Below the pieces are notes generated by a model, which saw only the letters and a list, made by a program, of their open reading frames with translations, was not told the DNA's origin and ran no database searches. 32,000 nt of DNA, taken from the NCBI RefSeq assembly GCF_001306055.1, contig NZ_LGHJ01000011.1, positions 180,001 through 212,000 of the forward strand, read 5' to 3'. Positions within the stretch are counted from its first letter, which is position 1. Each line of letters starts with the position of its first letter. The stretch comes from Bellilinea caldifistulae. Its GTDB lineage: Bacteria > Chloroflexota > Anaerolineae > Anaerolineales > Anaerolineaceae. The translations under genes and the position numbers were made by a program. This document shows positions 1 through 10,000 of this stretch, one piece after another.

Positions 1-1
1 C

Positions 2-691
2 CGCGCCCCGGCCTGGTTGAGTAAGTTCGTTTACGGCCTGCCGGAATTACACCGCGAGGAAATGCGCTCGGCGGCTTACATCAGCGGCGTGGGCTGCAAC
101 GCCACCGCCTCCATTCTGGCGCTTTACCCGCTGGTCAAGGCCGATGCGCTCGATCTCACCCGCCCGGTGATTGTCGAAATCAAAACCGGTTCTTCGGAGG
201 GCGGGGCTTCCCCCAATCCCGGCAGTCATCACCCCGAACGGAGCGGCGTGATCCGCACCTTTTCGGCATACGGACACCGCCACACTGCCGAGGTGATTCA
301 GGAACTCGGTCTGAGCGAGGTTCACCTGACCATGACGGCGGTGGATCTGGTGCGCGGCGCGCTGGCAACCGCTCACGCCTTTTTGCGTCCGGGCATTGGC
401 GAAAAGGACTTGTGGAAAATCTACCGCCAATGGGCCGAAAGCGAGCCGTTCATCCGGCTGGTACGCGACCGGCGCGGCATTTACCGCGTGCCGGAGCCCA
501 AAATTCTGGCTGGCAGTAACTACGCCGATGTCGGCTTCGATGTGGACGAATGTTCCGGGCGGGTGATCGGCATGGCGGCGATTGACAACCTGATGAAGGG
601 CGCTGCCGGTTCAGCCGTGCAGGCGATGAACCTGATGTGCGGTTTTGACGAAACTGCCGGCCTGACTTTTGGCGGATTACACCCCATTTAG
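2..691 (+). CDS. lysY: N-acetyl-gamma-glutamyl-phosphate / [LysW]-aminoadipate-phosphate reductase (ArgC/LysY family). The 5' end is cut by the window edge; the C-terminal ~230 aa are present.
   Basis: The frame is open from nt 2 with no upstream stop, so the TTG at 17 is an ORF-calling artefact. ISGVGCNATASILALYP matches the ArgC active-site cysteine signature at all but one position. Kinase, aminotransferase and M20 hydrolase genes follow in LysW-pathway order. Confidence 0.8.
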   Translation, partial: RAPAWLSKFVYGLPELHREEMRSAAYISGVGCNATASILALYPLVKADALDLTRPVIVEIKTGSSEGGASPNPGSHHPERSGVIRTFSAYGHRHTAEVIQELGLSEVHLTMTAVDLVRGALATAHAFLRPGIGEKDLWKIYRQWAESEPFIRLVRDRRGIYRVPEPKILAGSNYADVGFDVDECSGRVIGMAAIDNLMKGAAGSAVQAMNLMCGFDETAGLTFGGLHPI

Positions 692-705
692 CGGAGGAAT
701 CACCC

Positions 706-1509
706 ATGCTGGTTGTCAAAATTGGCGGCGCCGCCGGCGTCAACATATCTTCCATTTGTGCCGATGTTGCCAATCTGGTCCAACAGGGCCAAAAGGTGGT
801 GCTGGTTCACGGCGGGTCGGCGGAGGTGAATGAGATATCCACCCAACTCGGCCATCCGCCGCGCTTCGTCACCAGCGAAAGCGGTTTTACCAGCCGTTAC
901 ACCGACCGGAAGACGCTGGAAATTTTTGCCATGGTTACTGCCGGCAAAATCAATACCCTGCTGGTGGAGCAGTTGCAGAAACATGGCGTCAACGCCTTTG
1001 GGTTGACCGGACTGGACGGGCGCTGGATGATCGCTCATCGCAAGGAAGCCATCCGGGTGGTGGAAAACGGGCGTAAACTGGTGCTGCGGGACGATTACAC
1101 CGGCAAAATCGAGCAGGTCAACCCGGCGATCCTCTCCCTGTTGATCGCCACGGGTTACACGCCGGTGGTAGCGCCGCTGGCGATCTCGCCGAACGGTGAA
1201 GCGCTCAACGTGGATGCCGACCGGGCGGCGGCGATGGTGGCAGCCGCCCTCGGCGCAGCCACCTTAATCCTGCTGACCAATGTACCCGGTCTGATGCGCA
1301 AATTTCCGGATGAAAGCACCCTCATTCATCACCTGCCGCGGGTTGAAGTACAGCGTGCCATTGAGTATGCCGAAGGCCGGATGAAGAAGAAAGTGCTGGG
1401 TGCTGCCGAAGCCCTGCAAGGCGGCGTAAGCCGGGTCATTTTTGGGGATGGGCGCAGCCCCCACCCCCTCGTGGATGCTCTGCAAGGGAAAGGTACGGTG
1501 ATCGAATGA
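706..1509 (+). CDS. lysZ: [LysW]-aminoadipate kinase / acetylglutamate kinase (amino-acid kinase family)
   Basis: ATG 706 lies 8 nt after GGAGG. It has the amino-acid-kinase N-terminus VVKIGGAAG...VVLVHGGS and is 267 aa, typical of LysZ/ArgB. Its stop overlaps the next start (ATGA). Confidence 0.8.
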   Translation: MLVVKIGGAAGVNISSICADVANLVQQGQKVVLVHGGSAEVNEISTQLGHPPRFVTSESGFTSRYTDRKTLEIFAMVTAGKINTLLVEQLQKHGVNAFGLTGLDGRWMIAHRKEAIRVVENGRKLVLRDDYTGKIEQVNPAILSLLIATGYTPVVAPLAISPNGEALNVDADRAAAMVAAALGAATLILLTNVPGLMRKFPDESTLIHHLPRVEVQRAIEYAEGRMKKKVLGAAEALQGGVSRVIFGDGRSPHPLVDALQGKGTVIE

Positions 1510-2681
1510 TGGACATCTTGGCAGTTGAAGACCGCTACACTTCCGGCCTGTACACCAAACGCCCGATTGCGATTGTGCGCGGGCAGGCTGCCCATCTGTG
1601 GGACAGCCACGGGCGAATGTATATTGACTGTGTCGGCGGGCAGGGGGCAGCCAACATCGGCCACGCCAACCCCCAGGTGGCTCAGGCGGTTGCCGAACAG
1701 GCTCAACGCTTGATTTCCTGCCCGGAAATGTTCTACAACGACCGGAGAGCCGCGTTGGAGGAACGCCTGTGCCAGGTGAGCGGTTATCCGCGGGTTTTCC
1801 TGTGCAACTCCGGGGCAGAGGCTAACGAAGCCGCCATCAAGTTTGCCCGCCTGACGACCGGACGCAGCGAGATCATCGCCTTCAAACGCGCTTTTCACGG
1901 GCGCACCTTTGGCGCACTCTCCGCCACCTGGGAGAAAAAATACCGTCAGCCGTTCGAGCCGCTGGTGCCGGGCTTCACTCATCTGACTTACAACGATCCG
2001 CAGGCCCTGCAAGCGGCGGTCAGCGATCAAACGGCGGCCGTGCTGCTGGAAGTCGTCCAGGGCGAAGGCGGTGTCCACCCGGCCAGCCGCGAATTTCTGA
2101 CAGCCGCTCAACAGGTTTGCCGTGAGCGTGGAGCATTACTGATTGTGGACGAGGTACAAACCGGCTTTGGGCGTACCGGCAAACTGTTTGCCTTTCAACA
2201 TTACGATTTACAACCCGATCTGGTGTGTCTGGCCAAGTCCATTGCCGGCGGCTTGCCGATGGGAGCCGTGCTGATCGGTGAGCGGGTCGGTAGCCTGCCG
2301 CCCCAAACCCACGGCTCAACCTTCGGCGGCAACCCGTTGACCTGCGCCGCCGCCCTGGCCAGTTTGAACTTTTTGCTGGAAAATCACCTGCCCGAACAGG
2401 CTGCCGAACTGGGAGGCTGGTTCATCGAAGCCCTGCGCCGGTTGGATTCCCCCCAGATTCGCGAGGTGCGCGGGCTGGGTCTGATGGTCGGCATCGAGCT
2501 CAAGCAGAAAGTCACACCCTACCTGCAAGCCTTGATGAACGAAGGTGTGCTGGCGCTGCCGGCCGGCCTGACGGTGATGCGCTTTTTGCCGCCGCTGGTG
2601 ATCGAAAAGAGCGATCTTGAACGGGTGGTAGAAGCGGTTGCCCTCGTCCTCACCCAGGAAGCCGCCGAATGGACGAAGTAA
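1506..2681 (+). CDS. lysJ: [LysW]-aminoadipate semialdehyde / acetylornithine aminotransferase (class III PLP aminotransferase)
   Basis: Motifs seen: [29 protein letters not shown] and the PLP-lysine context LAKSIAGG. It is 391 aa and overlaps the upstream gene by 4 nt. Confidence 0.85.
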   Translation: MMDILAVEDRYTSGLYTKRPIAIVRGQAAHLWDSHGRMYIDCVGGQGAANIGHANPQVAQAVAEQAQRLISCPEMFYNDRRAALEERLCQVSGYPRVFLCNSGAEANEAAIKFARLTTGRSEIIAFKRAFHGRTFGALSATWEKKYRQPFEPLVPGFTHLTYNDPQALQAAVSDQTAAVLLEVVQGEGGVHPASREFLTAAQQVCRERGALLIVDEVQTGFGRTGKLFAFQHYDLQPDLVCLAKSIAGGLPMGAVLIGERVGSLPPQTHGSTFGGNPLTCAAALASLNFLLENHLPEQAAELGGWFIEALRRLDSPQIREVRGLGLMVGIELKQKVTPYLQALMNEGVLALPAGLTVMRFLPPLVIEKSDLERVVEAVALVLTQEAAEWTK

Positions 2682-3709
2682 CCCTGCTGGAAGGCTTGCT
2701 GCGGTCTTACAGCCCGACGGCTGCCGAACAGCTGGCGGTTGAGTTTCTGGCGCATGCCATGCGCGGACTGGATTTTCAGGTCGAGGTGGATGCGGTGGGC
2801 AATGCCATCGGCTGGCGCGGCGAGGGCGGGCGTCAGATCGTCCTGCTGGGGCACATTGACACGGTGCGCGGGGAAATCCCGGTGCGGCGTGAGGGCGATT
2901 TGCTCTTCGGGCGCGGCGCGGTGGACGCCAAAGGCGCGCTGGCTTGCTTTGTGGCTGCTGTCAGCCAGTTAACCATCCCGTCCGGCTGGCAAGTGGTGGT
3001 GATCGGTGCGGTTGGGGAAGAAGGCGATTCGCGCGGTGCCAAAGCCATTGTGGATCGTTATTGGCCCGACTTTGCCATCATCGGCGAGCCGAGCGGTTGG
3101 GATCGGGTAACGCTGGGGTACAAAGGCAGCCTGCTGCTGTCTTACCGCGTCGAACAGCCGCTCGCCCACCCGGCCGCCCAGGCTGAAAACGCGCCGGAGG
3201 CCGCCGTCGCCTTTTGGAACCGCCTGACGGCTGCCGCCGCCGCATGGAACGAACCTTATCAACGAACATTCGATCAGGTTACGCCCATCCTGCGTCAGAT
3301 GCAATCGGGTGAGGATGGCTTTAACGGCTGGGCCGAGTTGTGGATCAATCTGCGCCTGCCGGCCTGGTTTGCCCCCGGACAGGCCTTTATTGAGCTTTCG
3401 GCGCTGGCAGGGGCGGGTCGCCTGCACCTGCTGGATGCTGTGCCGGCGTATCTTGGGGAGAAGAACACGGCTTTGGTACGGGCGTTCTTGTCCGCCATTC
3501 GGGCGGTCGGCGGTAAACCGGCTTTTGCTCTCAAGAGCGGCACAGCGGACTTAAATCTGGCTGCCCCGGTGTGGGGCTGCCCGGCAGTTGCCTACGGGCC
3601 GGGCGATTCCAACCTCGACCACACCCCCAACGAACACATCTCGCTGAGCGAGTACCGCCGCAGCATTGGCGTGCTGAAAGAAGTCCTGAATCAACTGATG
3701 CAGGTTTGA
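2669..3709 (+). CDS. lysK: [LysW]-lysine/ornithine hydrolase (M20 family, ArgE/LysK-like)
   Basis: M20 metal and catalytic motifs are present: [24 protein letters not shown]. It overlaps lysJ by 13 nt and is the last gene of the block. Confidence 0.7.
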   Translation: MDEVTLLEGLLRSYSPTAAEQLAVEFLAHAMRGLDFQVEVDAVGNAIGWRGEGGRQIVLLGHIDTVRGEIPVRREGDLLFGRGAVDAKGALACFVAAVSQLTIPSGWQVVVIGAVGEEGDSRGAKAIVDRYWPDFAIIGEPSGWDRVTLGYKGSLLLSYRVEQPLAHPAAQAENAPEAAVAFWNRLTAAAAAWNEPYQRTFDQVTPILRQMQSGEDGFNGWAELWINLRLPAWFAPGQAFIELSALAGAGRLHLLDAVPAYLGEKNTALVRAFLSAIRAVGGKPAFALKSGTADLNLAAPVWGCPAVAYGPGDSNLDHTPNEHISLSEYRRSIGVLKEVLNQLMQV

Positions 3710-3736
3710 AAGAAGAACCATCCGCGTTGGTCAGGA

Positions 3737-4549
3737 TTAATCCGGCAGCAGGTTTTGCATCTGCTTGAAAATATAGTTTGCCGCCCACTGCGGGCTGAGG
3801 CGATAAATCAAATCCAAGAAGCGGGCATCTGATCCGACCAGCACACGGTAGCGGTTCTGCTCCATGCCTTCCACAATCATTTGAGCAGCTTTCGCCGGCG
3901 GCAGGGGTTTTATTCGGCTGCTTTGCTCCTGTGTCTGAGCGGGGGATGCAAGGGTTACACCCGAATTGGCGGCAATATTGGTGCCGATAGCGCCGGGAAA
4001 GACCACCGTCACCCGCACGTTGGTATTGAGCAATTCGGAGTATAAGCCCTCGGTAAACAATTTCACACCGGCTTTGGCCGCCCCGTAAATGGTTTGGCCG
4101 GGGACCGGCAAAAAGCCGCCCATGCTGGAAATGTTGACCAGGTGCGCATCAGGCCGTTCCAGCAAACAGGGCAGAAATTCCTTGGTCATGTAGATGGTGC
4201 CGAACAGATTGACATTCAAGACCCGCTGAATGGCGGCATAATCCAGGTCTTTGACCCGCCGGAACGGCTGAATAATGCCGGCATTGTTGATCAGCCCATC
4301 CACCGCGCCGTGAAATTCAATGACCTGAGCGGGCAAAGCCGCCACCGCCTCGCGGTTGGTAATGTCCGCCACATGGGTAGAGAGTTGCCCGCTGCGGCTG
4401 CCAGCCAGACCGACCGTTTCCTGCAGAGCCGCCGGGTTGATATCCACCGCCGCCACCCGCGCGCCTTTGGTCAGCAGCAACAGCACCAGTTCCCGACCAA
4501 TTCCATTTCCACCGCCGGTGACCACAATCACTTTACCATTCACTTTCAT
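3737..4549 (-). CDS. Short-chain dehydrogenase/reductase (classical SDR)
   Basis: Motifs TGGGNGIG (cofactor), NNAG and the YGAAK catalytic pair are present. I prefer the ATG at 4549 (MKVNGKVIVVTGG) because GGGAGGA sits just upstream; the track start at 4603 adds 18 unsupported residues. Confidence 0.85.
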   Translation of the reverse strand: MKVNGKVIVVTGGGNGIGRELVLLLLTKGARVAAVDINPAALQETVGLAGSRSGQLSTHVADITNREAVAALPAQVIEFHGAVDGLINNAGIIQPFRRVKDLDYAAIQRVLNVNLFGTIYMTKEFLPCLLERPDAHLVNISSMGGFLPVPGQTIYGAAKAGVKLFTEGLYSELLNTNVRVTVVFPGAIGTNIAANSGVTLASPAQTQEQSSRIKPLPPAKAAQMIVEGMEQNRYRVLVGSDARFLDLIYRLSPQWAANYIFKQMQNLLPD

Positions 4550-4758
4550 AGCCGGTTCCTCCCGCCAAAATTCTTCCCCCGCAATGCCGAAAATGCGCTC
4601 CACCGGGTGTCAAGACGGCCAAATCCGTCCATCTGCCAGTTAGAGGCATTTTTTGTTTCAACGATTATTTGGGTCAATTAAGGATAATTATAATTACACA
4701 GGATTTTACAGCAATGCGGGTAAACCTGCCATAAAACTTTTCCCCTTAAATAAACAGG

Positions 4759-4831
4759 CTCCTCGACCAGGACTCGAACCTGGAACCTAGCGGTTAACAG
4801 CCGCCCGCTCTGCCGATTGAGCTATCGAGGA
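4759..4831 (-). tRNA. tRNA-Asn (anticodon GTT), 73 nt, CCA not encoded
   Basis: The reverse complement folds by hand into a cloverleaf: TCCTCGA/TCGAGGA acceptor, GCTC/GAGC D stem, GGCGG/CCGCT anticodon stem with loop CTGTTAA, and CCAGG-TTCGAGT-CCTGG T arm. Confidence 0.93.
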
Positions 4832-4841
4832 ACGTGCCATT

Positions 4842-4870
4842 ATTATAAAATCAACCGGTAGGCATGTCAA
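4842..4870 (-). promoter_or_regulatory. Consensus sigma70-type promoter for tRNA-Asn
   Basis: On the minus strand, TTGACA (4870-4865), a 17-nt spacer and TATAAT (4847-4842). The -10 ends 10 nt before the mature tRNA 5' end. Confidence 0.7.
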
Positions 4871-4899
4871 GGAATCGCGTTGGCTCTGAGCGCTGCCGT

Positions 4900-5586
4900 T
4901 CAGCCCTTCCATCCAATCCAGAGCGCAGTCCGGAGGGCTTCGCGCTCCACCCGCTCTATCCACTCCTTCCGCTCAAATTCGCTAGAGGTTTCCACCAGAT
5001 AGACGGCGTGCTGCCACACCCTGCCGCGCCAGCGGGTAATCATACCCGAAATCAGCCCCTCATCCACACGTCCCATCAAAACATCCACTGCCTGCAAGAC
5101 CGGCATGGCCGGTTCGAGGATTTGATCCTGAACTGCGTCAATTGTCGCGGCGATGATCCGGTTGACGCGATTGTGATCGGTGCGGCGAACCGCCCGCCGG
5201 GCCGGACTCAACTCCGCCCATTCGGGCTGAAGCAGCTCCTCCAGCGTAAGCACCAGATCATAATTGATATGGGCATTGACCCCCAGCAGCAAGTTTTGCA
5301 GCGGCGAATAATCCCTGCCTGCCGCCGCCCGAAAAGCCGCCTGCCAGACAACCGGCACATTTTCCTGCCGCTCCTCATAAGCATGCAGCGCCAAAAAATA
5401 GTAGTCCGCAAAACGGTGCAGCAGATGATCCACCCAACCGCCGTCAGAAAACTCATCCCGCCGGATAGCCTCCAGCATATTCATCGTCATCATTCGATAA
5501 CAGCTTAAAAAAATGGCGCGCTGGTCGTGAACCTCTTGCCAGCGCTCAATCCATTCTTGCATTTCCAGCAAAGCCGGATCATCCAC
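4900..5586 (-). CDS. Conserved hypothetical protein, DUF5995-like (assigned from memory of the family, unverified)
   Basis: A 228-aa ORF with coding-like composition and a GTG start 9 nt after AGGAG. The helical protein carries FADYYFLALHAY and GVNAHINYDL, which resemble DUF5995. Confidence 0.5.
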   Translation of the reverse strand: MDDPALLEMQEWIERWQEVHDQRAIFLSCYRMMTMNMLEAIRRDEFSDGGWVDHLLHRFADYYFLALHAYEERQENVPVVWQAAFRAAAGRDYSPLQNLLLGVNAHINYDLVLTLEELLQPEWAELSPARRAVRRTDHNRVNRIIAATIDAVQDQILEPAMPVLQAVDVLMGRVDEGLISGMITRWRGRVWQHAVYLVETSSEFERKEWIERVEREALRTALWIGWKG

Positions 5587-5697
5587 CTTATAACACTCCT
5601 GAATTCTCTTAAGCCGGGTTGATGATAATTTTTTACTTATTTTATCACTTTCAGGAATGTTTTCATCTAAAATCCAGCAGACATTGGTGTCTTCGGG

Positions 5698-6090
5698 TTA
5701 ATGAAGCAATTCCGTGTGGTCCACCAGTTCACCGTTCAAAAACGCCTTGACCGCCTCATCCACATCGGTCAATTCGGTAACGATGGGCTTAATCTTCAGG
5801 CGTAACATGCTTTCATAAGCCCCGCGTCCCATTCCACCGCAAATTAATACTTCACAATCGGCAATTGCCTCAACCATGGAAACATGGCGCTGATGGTGCT
5901 GGTCCTCAGACTCGCCATGGTTGTGGTGAGTTTGCGCCTCATGATGATCCTTTTGGTGGTGGCTCAGCTTGGGGCGAAGTTCACGGCTGACCACTTCACC
6001 ATTTTCCAGAGAAAGCACAAGATACTGAGAAGCCCGTCCAAAATGCCGGCTGATCATTTTTCCATCATCCGTAACCAGTGCAATTTTCAT
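5698..6090 (-). CDS. NifX/NifB-like (dinitrogenase FeMo-cofactor biosynthesis domain) protein with a His-rich insertion
   Basis: ATG at 6090 has AAGGAG 7 nt upstream; the track start at 6177 is unsupported. MKIALVTDDGKMISRHFGRA...VLICGGMGRGA is the typical NifX/NifB-C fold signature. The insert SHHQKDHHEAQTHHNHGESEDQHHQRH is encoded at 5884-5961. Confidence 0.7.
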   Translation of the reverse strand: MKIALVTDDGKMISRHFGRASQYLVLSLENGEVVSRELRPKLSHHQKDHHEAQTHHNHGESEDQHHQRHVSMVEAIADCEVLICGGMGRGAYESMLRLKIKPIVTELTDVDEAVKAFLNGELVDHTELLH

Positions 6091-6231
6091 TGTCAACTCC
6101 TTGGGGTTTGAAGGTTGGATAAAATGGCGTCGCTGCATGGGTGCACCATCCCGGCCTGGCACCAACACCAGCAACATGTGCGAGGTCTGGTCTGAGAGAG
6201 GATTTCGCCAGCAATGGGGCAGGGCTTTTTA

Positions 6232-6642
6232 TCAACGCACTTCAAAATCGAGCGTCTTGTCCAGTTTACCGTTCAGGTAAATTTCCACGCGGTATTTACC
6301 AACCGGCCAGAGATTATTGTTACTCAGGTTGAAAGTGATGATGTTGCTGCCGCTGGTAAACTCGGTTTCATTGATGACCAAATTGGGATCCACGCCTTCC
6401 ACATCCACCGCAATCCACACCGCCTTCAAGGTGGTATCTTCGGGCGCATTTTTTAAATCGGCGAAAGCGTAAAAAACGGCATCCTGTGTAAAGGTTGTGA
6501 CGCGGTTATTGCCATCTTCGCTGTCGGAAAGCCACGCATCGCCGATATTCGCGGTGCTGGCGCTGAATTCACACGCCACCGTTGCCAAAACCAGCATCAA
6601 CGCTCCCAACACCATCCAAAATTTCCGGTTTCCCATGTTCAT
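6232..6642 (-). CDS. Small secreted protein, probable lipoprotein, function unknown
   Basis: AGAGGAGAG lies immediately upstream of the ATG. The N-terminal signal peptide ends in LATVAC, which is lipobox-like. The mature domain is ~110 aa and beta-rich. Confidence 0.6.
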   Translation of the reverse strand: MNMGNRKFWMVLGALMLVLATVACEFSASTANIGDAWLSDSEDGNNRVTTFTQDAVFYAFADLKNAPEDTTLKAVWIAVDVEGVDPNLVINETEFTSGSNIITFNLSNNNLWPVGKYRVEIYLNGKLDKTLDFEVR

Positions 6643-6776
6643 CTCTCCTCTGTGTACCCGATATAGAAAATCCCCCTCAAATCACAACAGAGGAGCATTT
6701 TTCTGCTTTCTATCATACAATCTTCAGCCGACAGATTACAAGTGGGAAATTTCAAAATCACCCCTCGACGGCTGAG

Positions 6777-7079
6777 TCAATCCTCCTCGTAGGGCTGCAA
6801 TCCGTGCAAGCGCTGCTTGTGGCGGCGGGCATTGCGGTACACGCGGACGGCACGTTGTTCAACCTGAGCAATCTCTTCCTCCAGCCACTCCTCCTCGCCA
6901 GCCATACCCCCGATCCTCTTCAATCGCTGTTTCAGGCGGGCTTTGCCCTGCCGCCGCAGGTTGAGATACAGCCCCTTTTCGCGCCGGATTTTGCCTTCCT
7001 CCACTGCCAGTACATCATCCCCGCCGTGGATTCGCCTGAACATGCGGTATTCGCTTTCGCTCAGCACACGTATCTTCAC
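6777..7079 (-). CDS. 100-aa highly charged hypothetical protein, translationally coupled to the HD-GYP gene
   Basis: Its GTG start overlaps the TGA stop of the upstream gene (GAGTGAAG on the minus strand). Third-position GC looks coding. No family recognised. Confidence 0.5.
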   Translation of the reverse strand: MKIRVLSESEYRMFRRIHGGDDVLAVEEGKIRREKGLYLNLRRQGKARLKQRLKRIGGMAGEEEWLEEEIAQVEQRAVRVYRNARRHKQRLHGLQPYEED

Positions 7080-10000
7080 TCGGCGGCTGCCTCTGTTGCC
7101 AAAAAATCTTCAATCACCTCAAAAAACACTTTGACGACCCGCGGGTCAAAATGCGTGCCGGCCTGTTCACGGATATGATTGAGCGCCTTGGCCTGCGGCC
7201 AGGCCGGCCGGTAAGGCCGGTCACTGGTCAGGGCATCCCACACATCCGCTACGGCGAAAATGCGCGCCGCCAGCGGGATTTCCTCGCCTTTCAACCCACG
7301 CGGGTAGCCTGTCCCGTCCCACTTTTCGTGGTGGCAGTAGGGAATATCCAGCGCCGGGCGCAGGTACTGAACCGGGTAGAGCATTTGATAGGCATACAGC
7401 GGGTGCTTGCGCATGATTTCCCATTCTTCATCCGTGAGCGGGCCGGGTTTGAGCAGAATGGCGTCCGGGATGCCCATTTTACCGATGTCATGCAGCAGGG
7501 CTCCCCGCCGCACATGCGCCACCTGAGCAGGATCCAGACCGATCCGCTCGGCCATCAGCAGGGTCAGGTCGGCAACCCGGCGGGTGTGGCCCTCGGTCTC
7601 CTTGTCCCGCAAATCCAGTGCGCGCGACCAGCCCTCGATGGTCGCCTCATACGCCAGCGAAAGATCGAGATTGCTGCGCTGCAGATTCTCAAACAACTGG
7701 GCATTTTCAATCGCAATTGCCGCCTGGCGGGAAATTGCTTCAAAAAAGCCCAGCCACTCTTCCTGCGGCTCAAAGGGGGAACGGCTGAACACCTCCAGCA
7801 CACCCTTGACCTGCCCCTTGGCTACCAGCGGAACGCCGCAGTAAGACACAAAACCCTCTTCTTCAACCCATTGTGGATGGATGAACGGCGGTTCGGCAAC
7901 GCTCAAATCGCCGCAATGCACAATCCGCCGTTCCAGGGCAGCCATGCCGGCCTGACTTTCTCCCAAATGCAGGCGGGCTTTCTGATAATAACGGGTGCGG
8001 AATCCGCGTCCGGCCGCATATTCCAGCATCAATGTAGTGGGATTGAACAGTAACACACCGGCAGCGTCCATTTTCAAGTGCAGCAGGGTCTGCTCCAGCA
8101 AAGCGTCCAGCGAAAAGTGCAAGTCCAGGCTGCTGGTAATCACCCGGTCAATTGCTTGCAGAGCCTGCAACTGCTCCACCCGTCGGCGGGTCTCTTCATG
8201 CAATTGCAGCCGCAGCAGCGCGCTGGCGGCCATGTCCGCCACCGAATGCAGCAAACGCAGATCATCCTCATCCAGCCGGCGGCAGCTGCCAACCCATAAC
8301 AGACCGTTGATCGTATCATCGGCGCGCAACGGCACGCCGGCAATCGAAGCGCAATCGCCTAATTGCTGGGGGAAGTACACCCGCGGGTCATGGTGGGCAT
8401 CATTGTTCAAATAAGACTTTCCGCTTTGTAAAATCACCGCGCTCAAACCCTGCCCGGCCGGGATGATCTCGCCGGTTAGCGACTCCCAAATGCCAACGCC
8501 CAGTTCAATCGTAACATCCCCGCTAAGCGGGTGAACGGTTTCCAGCACCGCCCCATCCACCTTCATCCGGGTCATCAATTGCTCCAACAACACTGGCAGC
8601 AATTCAGCGCGGGTGGTTGCCCGGCGCAATTCCGAGCTCAGGTGGGCAATCAATTCCAGTTCGCGCAGGCGCTGCCGGGTTTCCCCGAACAGGCGCACGT
8701 TTTCCAGCGTGGTGGCGAATTGTGCAGCCAGTGTTTCCAGCAGGCGGGTATGGGCGGAGGTATAAGCGGCGGGTTGATAACTCTGCGCGGAAATCATTCC
8801 CAGTACGCGCCGTCCCTGCCGGAGAGGCACCGCCAGAATCGAGCGCACCGACTCGGGGTCGCCAAAGTGCACCGCCGGCAGGTTGCTGAGCGGGTAATCC
8901 TCTATGACCAGAGTCCTGCCCTGCTCAATCACCCGGCCGCTCAGCCCGCTGCCGTGCGGAATGCGCCGCGGCGGAAACCGTCCGCCTTTATCGTACAGGT
9001 AGACAGCCAGGTACTCCGAAGTAGCCGCATCCACCAGCACAATCGTAAAGGCTTCGCAGGGCATCAACTGCGCCACAGCCTGATGGATGGCCTCGTAGAC
9101 CGCCTCTGCTTCCATACCGCTCAGCAGCAGCGCCTGGCTGACCGAGTGCAGCACGCTCAATTCGGCCAGCCGTTGGTGGGTTTGTTCGTTGAGGTGAGCG
9201 CGTTGAAGGGCATTCCCGGCCATATCCGCAATTGCAGCCAGCAGACGCCGTTCGGTTTCGGTTACCATGCGCGCCCGCTCAAACCAGATGTTCATCACGC
9301 CGATAGTACGCGCCCCGGCGCGCAGCGGCAGCGCAACCCCGCCCCGCACCGGCTGAAGCAGTTCCTCTTCCCCCGGTTTCAAAACCGTATGTGGATCGCT
9401 GCGCCAGTCTTCAAACGTGTAGGCCTCGCCGCTGGCCGCCACCTTGCCAACCACCCCTTCGCCAAGCTGCTGGTGAAAGACCCGTTCCAGCCCCTCAATC
9501 CATTCGCCACGCGGGTTGTACCAGCCTCGGGCGGTCAGTTCATTGGTCTGTTCATCCAGCAGGTAAATTGAACCGGCCCGCGCATCCACCGAATGGACGG
9601 CATGTTCCACAAAGATATGGGTCATATCCTCAACCGAATCAGACTGGGAGAGAGCGGCTGAGACCTGCTGCAGGGTTTGCAGTTCTTTCAACCGTTGTTG
9701 GGTTTCTTCAAACAGGCGCGTGCGTTCAATGACCAGACCGGCCGTAGCGGCAAAAGTGGTCAGCACTTGCAAATCCTGATCGGAAAAAGCAAATTTCAGG
9801 CTGCAATTGTCCAGCGCCAGCACGCCAATCGCCCGCCCTTTGACGGCCAGCGGTGCCACAATCGCGCTCTGGACGGTAGCCATCTCCGCAATTTCGCCAT
9901 CATAGCGGGTTTCGGCATGGGCGCGGGCATCTTCAATCACCAGCGGCTGATTGAGACGGAAAGCCCTCGCCGAGTACCCCGAGTCCATTGGAAAGGAAGC

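Noticed and set aside
4864-5508. A 214-aa + strand ORF overlapping the DUF5995-like gene and the tRNA-Asn promoter.
   Set aside because: The translation looks like junk. The ORF begins inside the -35 of the tRNA promoter, and the opposite frame has the better coding signature and an RBS.
6777-7079. The small coupled protein as a PilZ-domain c-di-GMP receptor.
   Set aside because: It has an RxxxR (RMFRR) but no downstream D/N-x-S-x-x-G motif. The C-terminal two-thirds look helical rather than beta-barrel.
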